Below, in pieces: positions 48,983-64,000 of a DNA stretch of 64,000 bases. Under the pieces are notes generated by a model. The model made no database searches. It was not told the DNA's origin and was given only the letters and a program-made list of their open reading frames with translations. Position 1 is the stretch's first letter, and the number at the start of each line of letters is the position of its first letter. The position numbers and the translations under genes were made by a program. Source of the stretch: Hormiphora californensis (Eukaryota > Animalia > Ctenophora); contig CM035353.1 in assembly GCA_020137815.1 (NCBI GenBank), forward strand, positions 2,728,001 to 2,792,000. The letters are read 5' to 3'.

Positions 48983-50272
48983 TTATGTTCGCTGGCTCTG
49001 TGTCAGCTGTATTCCCGGAGGGAGCTGCAGCGAAACGTTGGTTGGAGAAGTGGCTTGATGCATCCCGACTTCTCTCGCCACTAGAGCCGGAAGGGATTCC
49101 GTTAGCCTCTGGAGGAGGCGCTGGAAAAAATCCTCGCCCATATCTGCTCCTCTAATCGTCTGTCCAGTTCCAGTTCCACTTGTTGGTGTAGGCCGATTCC
49201 AGCCGCTTGTATTTCTTGATCTCGACTGATTGGACTGGTTCATCGATTGCCCTGTTGGCACACGCTTCCTGCCGGTCACCGTTAGCCATCCATCCTCAGC
49301 ATTATCGTCCTTCGATCTCCGGGTGTGCCTTAGATGTTGGAGCTTGCAGTCGACTTTGAGACACTGGTGTTTCAGCTCTGAGTCCCTGCATAACGGTTCA
49401 TGGAAGCGCTTACAGGCACTCCCACGCTGGCAGCCATGCTTCCTAGCAGCCCCATGGTCACTATAGCGGTAACACAATTGGGGGTGCTTCTTGGAGCATG
49501 TTGATCCGTTAATCCTCTTTTTTCCGGATCGTCCGTGGCGACATCGCCGTTGGAGGTAGAAAGGACAAACCTCCTCGAGCTTTACCACCGGCTCCTTCTT
49601 AGTTACATTGCTGTCTTCTTTCTTCTCATTCTTTTTCTCCTCCTTCTTCGAGTTTCTCTTGTTCTCATCATCCTCATCATCGTCGCCTCCGCCAGTTTCG
49701 CCAGATTTTTCATCTTCCTCCACATCTGGGAAGCTGAACTTGCGTTGCAGCTGGGCTGTACTGGCTGCACTGAGGGGAGGGTTCTCTTCGTCTCCCTCTG
49801 TGAACGTCTCCAGTTCATTCTTCTTCATGCACTCCCAGCAAACCCACACAAATCCTCGTACCTTGCTGATGGGTTGGGAGGTGATCTGGTCACAGTCGTG
49901 TGACCCTCCCCAGCAGTATGCACACCGAAATAGGGGGGTATCTCCTCTCTTAATTGTGTAGCTGCTGTCGCAAGCTAAACAGTGCTGCGGGAGGTAACCT
50001 TCAATGGCCATGATCAGCCAATCTATCAGAGTCTCTCGGCTCTTGTACTTCGGTTGATTTGACTCATCAAGTGGCTTACCTCCAAGGAAGACTGCAGCCG
50101 TTTCTAGGGTGGGGGTATTGTACTTCTGGAGCTTCTTGAGGTTCGTATTGTGCTTCTTCGTCGGATCATACCCCTGGATCAATCGCTTCACTTCATCACT
50201 GGCTTCTTCGTGCAACTTTCCCAGGATCGCCTTCAGGTCAGCACTGTCGTCTGTTTCCACAACATTTGGCAT
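48983..50272 (-). CDS. CR1-like ORF1 with PHD-like and CCCH zinc fingers
   Basis: CLAC..CAYC..HDC..CWEC, followed by three C..C..C..H units. Confidence 0.88.
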   Translation of the reverse strand: MPNVVETDDSADLKAILGKLHEEASDEVKRLIQGYDPTKKHNTNLKKLQKYNTPTLETAAVFLGGKPLDESNQPKYKSRETLIDWLIMAIEGYLPQHCLACDSSYTIKRGDTPLFRCAYCWGGSHDCDQITSQPISKVRGFVWVCWECMKKNELETFTEGDEENPPLSAASTAQLQRKFSFPDVEEDEKSGETGGGDDDEDDENKRNSKKEEKKNEKKEDSNVTKKEPVVKLEEVCPFYLQRRCRHGRSGKKRINGSTCSKKHPQLCYRYSDHGAARKHGCQRGSACKRFHEPLCRDSELKHQCLKVDCKLQHLRHTRRSKDDNAEDGWLTVTGRKRVPTGQSMNQSNQSRSRNTSGWNRPTPTSGTGTGQTIRGADMGEDFFQRLLQRLTESLPALVAREVGMHQATSPTNVSLQLPPGIQLTQSQRT

Positions 50273-50315
50273 CGTATCGTTTTCTGCCCTTTGGGGCCGT
50301 TACTTCGACATGTTG

Positions 50316-50352
50316 CTCAAATTAATTTGTTTAAAGTAGTGTTGAAAAGTTT
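50316..50352 (-). other. Spliced-leader-like sequence at the CR1 5' end
   Basis: The same 37-mer as 44070-44106; it starts 3 nt inside the TSD and ends 43 nt before the ORF1 ATG. Confidence 0.75.
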
Positions 50353-50406
50353 TATCACTCACGAAACACCCATATTTTAACGCTGGCCGTCAGTGCAGAA
50401 ACAGGA

Positions 50407-50648
50407 GGGCGCCGTTACGATCTGGGTGTTTGGAGGCCAAAAAAGTTGATTCACTAAAATGGCTCTAACCGCCAAACCACTCAACCGTTTTGGTTGATTC
50501 AAAGTTTATCTGGTAGGGAATGTCAAGGCCTAACCCCAGCCCAAACCCCAGCCCTAACCCTAACCCTAACCCTACTTTAGCCCTAACCCTAAAAAACCGT
50601 TTGTCAGGCGTCAGCACTCCCAAAACACCCAGATTTTAACGCTGGCCG
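50407..50648. mobile_element. MITE with internal telomere-like (CCCTAA)n tract
   Basis: Imperfect TIRs and 8-bp TSD AAACAGGA. A second copy is split into 38360-38391, 44114-44386 and 50371-50389. Confidence 0.78.
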
Positions 50649-51153
50649 AAACAGGAAAATTTCGGCGATTTTTTTAAAATTCCGGATAGGACGAACAAGC
50701 AAAAAAACTACGCGCGCGTGCGCGGCGTAATTTCTGGTTTTGCGCGTAACAAGGCACCCAGATTTTTTTAAACGCCGCGCACTGTTCATTGGCATCATCA
50801 TATCATTTCTGAGGAACTTTGTCCTTTTTTCAAGTTTCAAAAAAAGTTCAGAAAAAGTTTTTGCGGTTAATCATGAAAAGTCCAAGAATACGTGTTACAT
50901 GAGCCGAGTGCAAATTTTAGAGGGTGGGACCTTCTCTCCACTGGTGTTTACCACACCAGGTGCCAGGTGGTGTTGGCCCAGAAATAGACAGAGCGATGAA
51001 GAAGACAGAGCGATGAAGAAGACATCCAGACACATCGAGGACAACTGACATGCACGGAGAAATGTACAGCGAGGCTTTGGCGGCTCTCAGAAGGAGGCTG
51101 AGAATTGAGATTCTGCTTACTTATCGCCACCTTGAGATCACTAAGAGGGTGTC

Positions 51154-51191
51154 AAACTTTCATCAACTACAACGTAAAACTATTTATTGAG
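51154..51191 (+). other. Variant spliced-leader-like sequence
   Basis: AAACTTTCATCAACTACAACGTAAAACTATTTATTGAG, with the same layout (AAACTTT..ACTAC..AAAC..TTGAG); ends 47 nt before the ORF1 ATG. Confidence 0.55.
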
Positions 51192-51238
51192 ATATGTCCT
51201 CAGGATGTTGAGACCGCCCGTAGGGGCAGGCAGAAGTT

Positions 51239-52297
51239 ATGACGGAGAAACTTAATACCTCTGATGCAGATGCCGATCCACTGGAATGCTGGGATTTGTC
51301 GATGATGGAAAAACTTCGTTGTGCAGTAGAGGACGTTTTTTATATCAAGAACGGGCTCAAACAACCAAGTGAACAACAGGTTGATGGAGTATGGTCCAAG
51401 TTATTGGATTCTAGTTTGTATGATGATCCTGAGCAGTATATTGAGGACGCACTGCCGAAAGACTCCGAAATGAAAAAGTATAATGTTGATCGTTTCATGG
51501 CTTTCACCGAGAACCTCTCTCGTCATATTTTTCGGATAGTGAGAGAAATAGGACCAGTTATGAAGGAGAAACGTCTGTATGCAACTGCCCGAATGAAAGA
51601 ACGCCTGGAACTAGTGGAGTGTAATCAGAAGCTCAAGGAGGTACAAGAAGAGCTTGGCACTTTTAAGGAAGAAATCGACAAACATCGGGTAGCAAGGATT
51701 GAACTGCAAGAGAAGCTGATTGAAGCACAAAATACTTTGATTGAAGTACAAGGTCGGAAACTTAGTTCAGTGTCAGAGTCTGTTCAGAAGCATTTGCAGG
51801 GCTACTCCAAGGTGCTTGTACAGAATTGCTCTGCGGCTATTGCACCATCCCGCCTCCAAGCAGCATTGAAGAAAGCGACTGTACCCCATCCAAGTACAAC
51901 CGCGGAAGAAGCAACTCTTGATCGCAAGTTGAATTTGGTTATATTTGGGCTGCCAGAAACTACGGCAAGGGCTACTGAGCATGAAGTTCAGGATATCTTT
52001 GGAGAGCTCAATGAAAAACCAGTCATATCTTCTACAAAGCGTATTGGCGAAAAGACTGATAACCGACCGAGACCAGTAATTGTTACACTTGAAAGGAGGG
52101 AAACTTTGTTACAACTTCTAAGAAAAGCAAAACAGCTCCGAGATTCAGAGAAATTCTCCTCGGTGTTTCTCTCCCCCGACCTAACACCGGAGGAGCAGCG
52201 AGAGCGGAAAACTCTCGTTGATACAGTGAAAGGACTGAGGCGAGACAATCCGAATGGACGATACTGGGTTAGCAGGGGGGTAATTAAATGTGGCTGA
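51239..52297 (+). CDS. LINE ORF1-type protein (coiled coil plus RRM/CTD) with no ORF2 following
   Basis: RKLNLVIFGLPE..RIG..RPRPVIV..LLRKAKQLR..VFLSPDLTPEEQRERK. An (AAT)n tail lies at about 55295-55322. Confidence 0.85.
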   Translation: MTEKLNTSDADADPLECWDLSMMEKLRCAVEDVFYIKNGLKQPSEQQVDGVWSKLLDSSLYDDPEQYIEDALPKDSEMKKYNVDRFMAFTENLSRHIFRIVREIGPVMKEKRLYATARMKERLELVECNQKLKEVQEELGTFKEEIDKHRVARIELQEKLIEAQNTLIEVQGRKLSSVSESVQKHLQGYSKVLVQNCSAAIAPSRLQAALKKATVPHPSTTAEEATLDRKLNLVIFGLPETTARATEHEVQDIFGELNEKPVISSTKRIGEKTDNRPRPVIVTLERRETLLQLLRKAKQLRDSEKFSSVFLSPDLTPEEQRERKTLVDTVKGLRRDNPNGRYWVSRGVIKCG

Positions 52298-52410
52298 CCT
52301 GCTACATGTAATTTGTACTCTAAAGAGACTTCAAAAGGAACCTTATGACTATCAATTTAGCCCACAAAAAGGGGCAGTATATGTTGTATTTTATCCAATA
52401 TATACATTTT

Positions 52411-55277
52411 CAAGGATAATGTTTTAATTATGCACTGAACTGCTGTAGACATCACCCACTCACTTCATACACACACAAACACCCACACACATGACCAAGC
52501 CTGTACGACAGGTTATTGATCACCGGCTGTATTACAGCACGAGAGAGCCGTCACTAGTATCGTGCAGTGATCCGAAGATCATGATAACAATTAATATGAC
52601 GTGATCAACTGCTATAGCCCAACTGTTCATTCTGAGAATTCTGATACAAAGATATTATTTGCCGTACTGATATATGAGGTAACTCCAACCCCCCAGTTTC
52701 ATCTCCTTGTTTAACATGGGAGTTACCAAGGGAATCCACTGGGTTCGATTAATCTAGGCACATACCCACAGTACTATTCGAATTGGCGTATCTTTATATC
52801 AGGAATCTCGGATAGCAACAATCCTTGTGTTTTATTGCTATCTGAACAGATTAGGCGTATAGACAGGGCTCTTATTATCAGCAGTGCTCACGTTTCAAGG
52901 ATAATGTTTTAATTATGCACTGAACTGCTGTAGACATCACCCACTCACTTCATACACACACAAACACCCACACACATGACCAAGCCTGTACGACAGGTTA
53001 TTGATCACCGGCTGTATTACAGCACGAGAGAGCCGTCACTAGTATCGTGCAGTGATCCGAAGATCATGATAACAATTAATATGACGTGATCAACTGCTAT
53101 AGCCCAACTGTTCATTCTGAGAATTCTGATACAAAGATATTATTTGCCGTACTGATATATGAGGTAACTCCAACCCCCCAGTTTCATCTCCTTGTTTAAC
53201 ATGGGAGTTACCAAGGGAATCCACTGGGTTCGATTAATCTAGGCACATACCCACAGTACTATTCGAATTGGCGTATCTTTATATCAGGAATCTCGGATAG
53301 CAACAATCCTTGTGTTTTATTGCTATCTGAACAGATTAGGCGTATAGACAGGGCTCTTATTATCAGCAGTGCTCACGTTTCAAGGATAATGTTTTAATTA
53401 TGCACTGAACTGCTGTAGACATCACCCACTCACTTCATACACACACAAACACCCACACACATGACCAAGTCTGTACGACAGGTTATTGATCACCGGCTGT
53501 ATTACAGCACGAGAGAGCCGTCACTAGTATCGTGCAGTGATCCGAAGATCCGAAGATCATGATAACAATTAATATGACGTGATCAACTGCTATAGCCCAA
53601 CTGTTCATTCTGAGAATTCTGATACAAAGATATTATTTGCCGTACTGATATATGAGGTAACTCCAACCCCCCAGTTTCATCTCCTTGTTTAACATGGGAG
53701 TTACCAAGGGAATCCACTGGGTTCGATTAATCTAGGCACATACCCACAGTACTATTCGAATTGGCGTATCTTTATATCAGGAATCTCGGATAGCAACAAT
53801 CCTTGTGTTTTATTGCTATCTGAACAGATTAGGCGTATAGACAGGGCTCTTATTATCAGCAGTGCTCACGTTTCAAGGATAATGTTTTAATTATGCACTG
53901 AACTGCTGTAGACATCACCCACTCACTTCATACACACACAAACACCCACACACATGACCAAGCCTGTACGACAGTGCATAATTAAAACATTATCCTTGAA
54001 ACGTGAGCACTGCTGATAATAAGAGCCCTGTCTATACGCCTAATCTGTTCAGATAGCAATAAAACACAAGGATTGTTGCTATCCGAGATTCCTGATATAA
54101 AGATACGCCAATTCGAATAGTACTGTGGGTATGTGCCTAGATTAATCGAACCCAGTGGATTCCCTTGGTAACTCCCATGTTAAACAAGGAGATGAAACTG
54201 GGGGGTTGGAGTTACCTCATATATCAGTACGGCAAATAATATCTTTGTATCAGAATTCTCAGAATGAACAGTTGGGCTATAGCAGTTGATCACGTCATAT
54301 TAATTGTTATCATGATCTTCGGATCACTGCACGATACTAGTGACGGCTCTCTCGTGCTGTAATACAGCCGGTGATCAATAACCTGTCGTACAGGCTTGGT
54401 CATGTGTGTGGGTGTTTGTGTGTGTATGAAGTGAGTGGGTGATGTCTACAGCAGTTCAGTGCATAATTAAAACATTATCCTTGAAACGTGAGCACTGCTG
54501 ATAATAAGAGCCCTGTCTATACGCCTAATCTGTTCAGATAGCAATAAAACACAAGGATTGTTGCTATCCGAGATTCCTGATATAAAGATACGCCAATTCG
54601 AATAGTACTGTGGGTATGTGCCTAGATTAATCGAACCCAGTGGATTCCCTTGGTAACTCCCATGTTAAACAAGGAGATGAAACTGGGGGGTTGGAGTTAC
54701 CTCATATATCAGTACGGCAAATAATATCTTTGTATCAGAATTCTCAGAATGAACAGTTGGGCTATAGCAGTTGATCACGTCATATTAATTGTTATCATGA
54801 TCTTCGGATCACTGCACGATACTAGTGACGGCTCTCTCGTGCTGTAATACAGCCGGTGATCAATAACCTGTCGTACAGGCTTGGTCATGTGTGTGGGTGT
54901 TTGTGTGTGTATGAAGTGAGTGGGTGATGTCTACAGCAGTTCAGTGCATAATTAAAACATTATCCTTGAAACGTGAGCACTGCTGATAATAAGAGCCCTG
55001 TCTATACGCCTAATCTGTTCAGATAGCAATAAAACACAAGGATTGTTGCTATCCGAGATTCCTGATATAAAGATACGCCAATTCGAATAGTACTGTGGGT
55101 ATGTGCCTAGATTAATCGAACCCAGTGGATTCCCTTGGTAACTCCCATGTTAAACAAGGAGATGAAACTGGGGGGTTGGAGTTACCTCATATATCAGTAC
55201 GGCAAATAATATCTTTGTATCAGAATTCTCAGAATGAACAGTTGGGCTATAGCAGTTGATCACGTCATATTAATTGT
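52411..55277. repeat. 485-bp tandem array with internal inversion, flanked by a 12-bp direct repeat
   Basis: Forward units at 52411, 52896, 53381 and 53874 (partial); about 2.7 inverted units from 53974. TATATACATTTT at 52399-52410 and 55278-55289. Confidence 0.93.
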
Positions 55278-55489
55278 TATATACATTTTAGATTTAATAA
55301 TAATAATAATAATAATAATAATGTCGCACGAAATACACCCCAGCAGGACTAGGAAGCATAGACTTAAATTAAATATCTAAAACGTGTGTGAGTTTTTTTG
55401 TAATACATTTGTTGTCTATTTGAGTGAGTGATTTTAAGATTTATTTATTACCAACCCCAACACCGGGGGCAAATGATCGAACCCAATGT

Positions 55490-56235
55490 GAATGAGACTC
55501 ATCGCGATTCTTGGAATGAGCGACCTGAGCTACTGGGATCGCTTGAAAAAACTGAACTTACACTCCATGCAGCGACGTCGGGAACGCTACTCTATCATCA
55601 TGGTGTGGAAGATGGCGAACGGAAGTGCCCCCAACAACATTGGGCTGACATTCCACGATAACACAAGACTTGGAAGGAAAGCTGAGGTTCCAACATCCCC
55701 CACCACCACACAAGTGTCTGTCGCTACGAAGTACCATAACTCCTTTGCCTGCAGAGCGGCTCGACTTTGGAATACTCTACCAAGCAATGTGAATACGGCA
55801 GAAGACCTAGCCTCATTCAAAGTTCTCCTTGGTAAATGGCTGAAGAGATTCCCAGACCGTCCCCCGGTGACTGGATATTCTCGACAGAATAATAACTCAA
55901 TTCTTGACTGGGCACGAATAGCTTCCAGGGAGGGGGAGGCTCTATGAGGAGCTGACACCTGTGCAGTATCTGCACAAAGAGGACTACAAGACTACTACAA
56001 GACTACAAGATTAACTCTTCATACGGTTACCCCCTTTCTCTCTTCGGCAGCTTCTCTTCGGCTGTTGGAAAGTGGTGCCAATCGGTGTTGGGGTTCGTGG
56101 AAATTTTGCGGTTAGTTAGTGTAAAGTGTTGTACCACTTTGTATCTTCATTCTGTCATTTGTGACCGCTGTGACCATTGACCAATCGTGATGTGCGTTTA
56201 TTAAATCTGAGACCACGGTGTCAGATTGTTTTATC
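55490..56235 (+). mobile_element. 5'-truncated CR1-like 3' fragment
   Basis: LSYWDRLKKLNLHSMQRRRERY..WNTLP..PDRPPVTGY..NNSIL, then an (ACTACAAG)n tract at 55983-56010. Confidence 0.88.
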
Positions 56236-56499
56236 CGTTCCTTTAATTGTTAGTGAACCATAAAAAGTTCAAGAGCCCACCAGATCCAAAAGCGTACCAT
56301 ATCCTGAAAAGACCACTCCAAGAGAGCTCCCCATTCAAAAAAGTGTGTTGGGCACCTCAGGGGCATTGCTGATAGGCCATCAACCAGTTCATGGAAACTC
56401 CTTGTTGGATTATGCCCTGAGCCGGGGCACGGACTTCTAGTTGTAAAACCGAATGAGTTCAGAGAGGCTGAAGCGTTTGTTTATAATGTCAAATTAAAT

Positions 56500-57120
56500 G
56501 TGGATGTCTCAAAACATGATTGGTCAAACTATTTTGAAGATTAAAGATTGAAGATAGAATTTTATTTGCCAATTGCAAAGGTGGTGGAAACACGGGACAA
56601 ATGGAACAAAGCTAGTTAGGCCTGCAGAAGGAACATGACGTGGAACTGGCAATGAGAGGAACTGCCGTGACAGAAACCCTTCAGCTCAATCACGAACCAC
56701 AGGTAAAAACCAAGCACCTGAATCAGGATCTTCGAGCGGGGGTGTCGAGCGGAGTCCAATTGTCCCAGTCTCAGAATCATAGGCACGGACCAGATCCTGC
56801 TTTTTTAGAGGCTGAGGGACTCAATAGCCGGGATAGTGAGAACAGAGATGAGGAACCGTCCCGACCGGCTCAACTACCGGCAGGAACAGGTTACACCTTC
56901 AGCCCTCATCAGCAGAGGGGGAGGTACTAACTCCAGCTAGATCCATAGTTACCAGTAGACTGTCTAAACTGTTGCTTCTCAATGCCCGCACTCTTAATCC
57001 GTCAGCAGTAAGGCAAGGTACAAGCAGTAAGGCAAGGTACAAGCTGGAGAACATGAGTGATCCCAGATCTGTACCTCAGATGTCATTGGCATGGCTGCAG
57101 CCATCACGGAAACTGATCAG
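56500..57120 (+). pseudogene. Degraded CR1-like ORF1/ORF2 junction fragment
   Basis: KLLLLNARTLNPSA resembles KLLLINGRSLNPSA at the start of the CR1 ORF2. Confidence 0.5.
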
Positions 57121-57129
57121 GAACAGTCC

Positions 57130-57247
57130 CAGGAACCGACCGAATCAGGAAATACTAGTCCCTGATTGGCTGATAACCAGTCACCTGACCTAAATAACGA
57201 GTTCTGATTGGTTGTTATTATTGTTTACTTGTGTCGGTCGGTTCCTG
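57130..57247. mobile_element. hAT-like MITE (CAGGAACCGA family)
   Basis: TIRs plus 8-bp TSD AACAGTCC. Confidence 0.88.
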
Positions 57248-57361
57248 AACAGTCCTGAGTCAGGTCTCCTGACGGAGTTTCCAGATATTTTCAAATGTAA
57301 TAGTGAAGCGATTTTTTGTTTTGATTCACTAACTATAACATGGAGCATGTCACACAGCAAA

Positions 57362-63258
<5,897 letters not shown>

Positions 63259-63419
63259 AACATCAAGTGAAATGATCAGACGCGGCAACAATTGTTGGGA
63301 TTTTTAGGCTTCCCAATTTTTTGAAAAAGAGAGAGTTTAGGAGATTGAAGTGTTTTGATTTTATGGATAGTAAATGTTTTCGTGAAATGCCATAGAATTG
63401 TCGGGATAATGTGGGTAAT

Positions 63420-63528
63420 CAGGAACCGACTGAATCAGGAAATACTGGTCCCTGATTGGCTGATAACCAGTCACGTGACCTAAATAACGAGTTCTGATTG
63501 GTTGTTTACTTGTTTCGGTCGGTTCCTG
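63420..63528. mobile_element. hAT-like MITE (CAGGAACCGA family)
   Basis: Near-identical to 57130-57247. Confidence 0.88.
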
Positions 63529-64000
63529 ATGGATAGTAAATGTTTTCGTGAAATGTCATAGAATTGTCGAATATAATGCGGGTAATTAATGAACTGCATT
63601 TTAGCTTTCTTTTAGTTTATCTTATCGTGTGTTTTAAAGTGATGCATTACAAACGCTATACGGATCATTTTACATGGCATTTAATTCCACGACACAATCG
63701 AGCTGTTACTTTGTCAATGGATCACCCGTAGCTTTGTGTACTGAACTGTTAATTTTTGGTCTTGGATATCCTGGAGATAAAAGGATCGCCCCATCCAGTT
63801 TCTGAACATTAAATTTGCGTATCTTGAACATACTGTGTACACTACTGTACATGGAAATTGTTGATTTCTTAAAAATTCTGTAAGACTAATAAGAGTGTAA
63901 ATGTAATTATTTTGGCACATGTTATTAATATATATATGGCACACACATGCTGCGTGAAGGAAGTGTTATTGCCACAACCATACATGGGCGTGTGCTACAT

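Larger units (their letters stand above)
44387..50355 (-). mobile_element. Full-length CR1-like retrotransposon, ORF2 interrupted near its C-terminus
   Basis: 15-bp TSD CACTCACGAAACACC at 44372-44386 and 50356-50370. ORF1 48983-50272; ORF2 48962 to ~46215 plus 44870-44623. (AAACTTGT)n tract at 44501-44524. Confidence 0.92.

Noticed and set aside
50529-50591. Telomere or chromosome-fusion site
   Set aside because: Short CCCTAA tracts are internal to a dispersed MITE.

Overview
Repeat-rich animal genomic DNA with short GT-AG introns, probably a ctenophore (Pleurobrachia-like). That assignment rests on my recollection of the leader sequence and MITE family and is not verified. (1) 30-18215 is a complete Polinton/Maverick-like element (AGTAGT...ACTACT termini, 110-bp perfect TIR, 6-bp TSD TTCCTT). 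Its protein-primed DNA polymerase B gene is split by 10 spliceosomal introns, it carries a stand-alone copy of the polymerase N-terminal domain and two satellite arrays, and no integrase, ATPase or capsid gene is visible. (2) 19532-22384 holds the 3' exons of a single-pass membrane protein with cadherin-like catenin-binding motifs. (3) 31894-38003 is a tightly packed minus-strand cluster of six genes: four small secreted proteins, one low-complexity protein and one Sushi membrane protein. Each has a pyrimidine-AG acceptor just before its ATG, as expected of a trans-spliced operon. (4) 38392-55322 holds three different non-LTR retroelements whose 5' ends all begin with a spliced-leader-like sequence, identical over 37 nt in two of them; this is the best candidate for an undescribed system. 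(5) A NECAP gene lies at 57362-63258. Many hAT-, Kolobok-, Chapaev- and Tc1-like non-autonomous elements are also present. Single-base indels, including one in NECAP, suggest assembly errors, so frameshifts are not proof of pseudogenisation.
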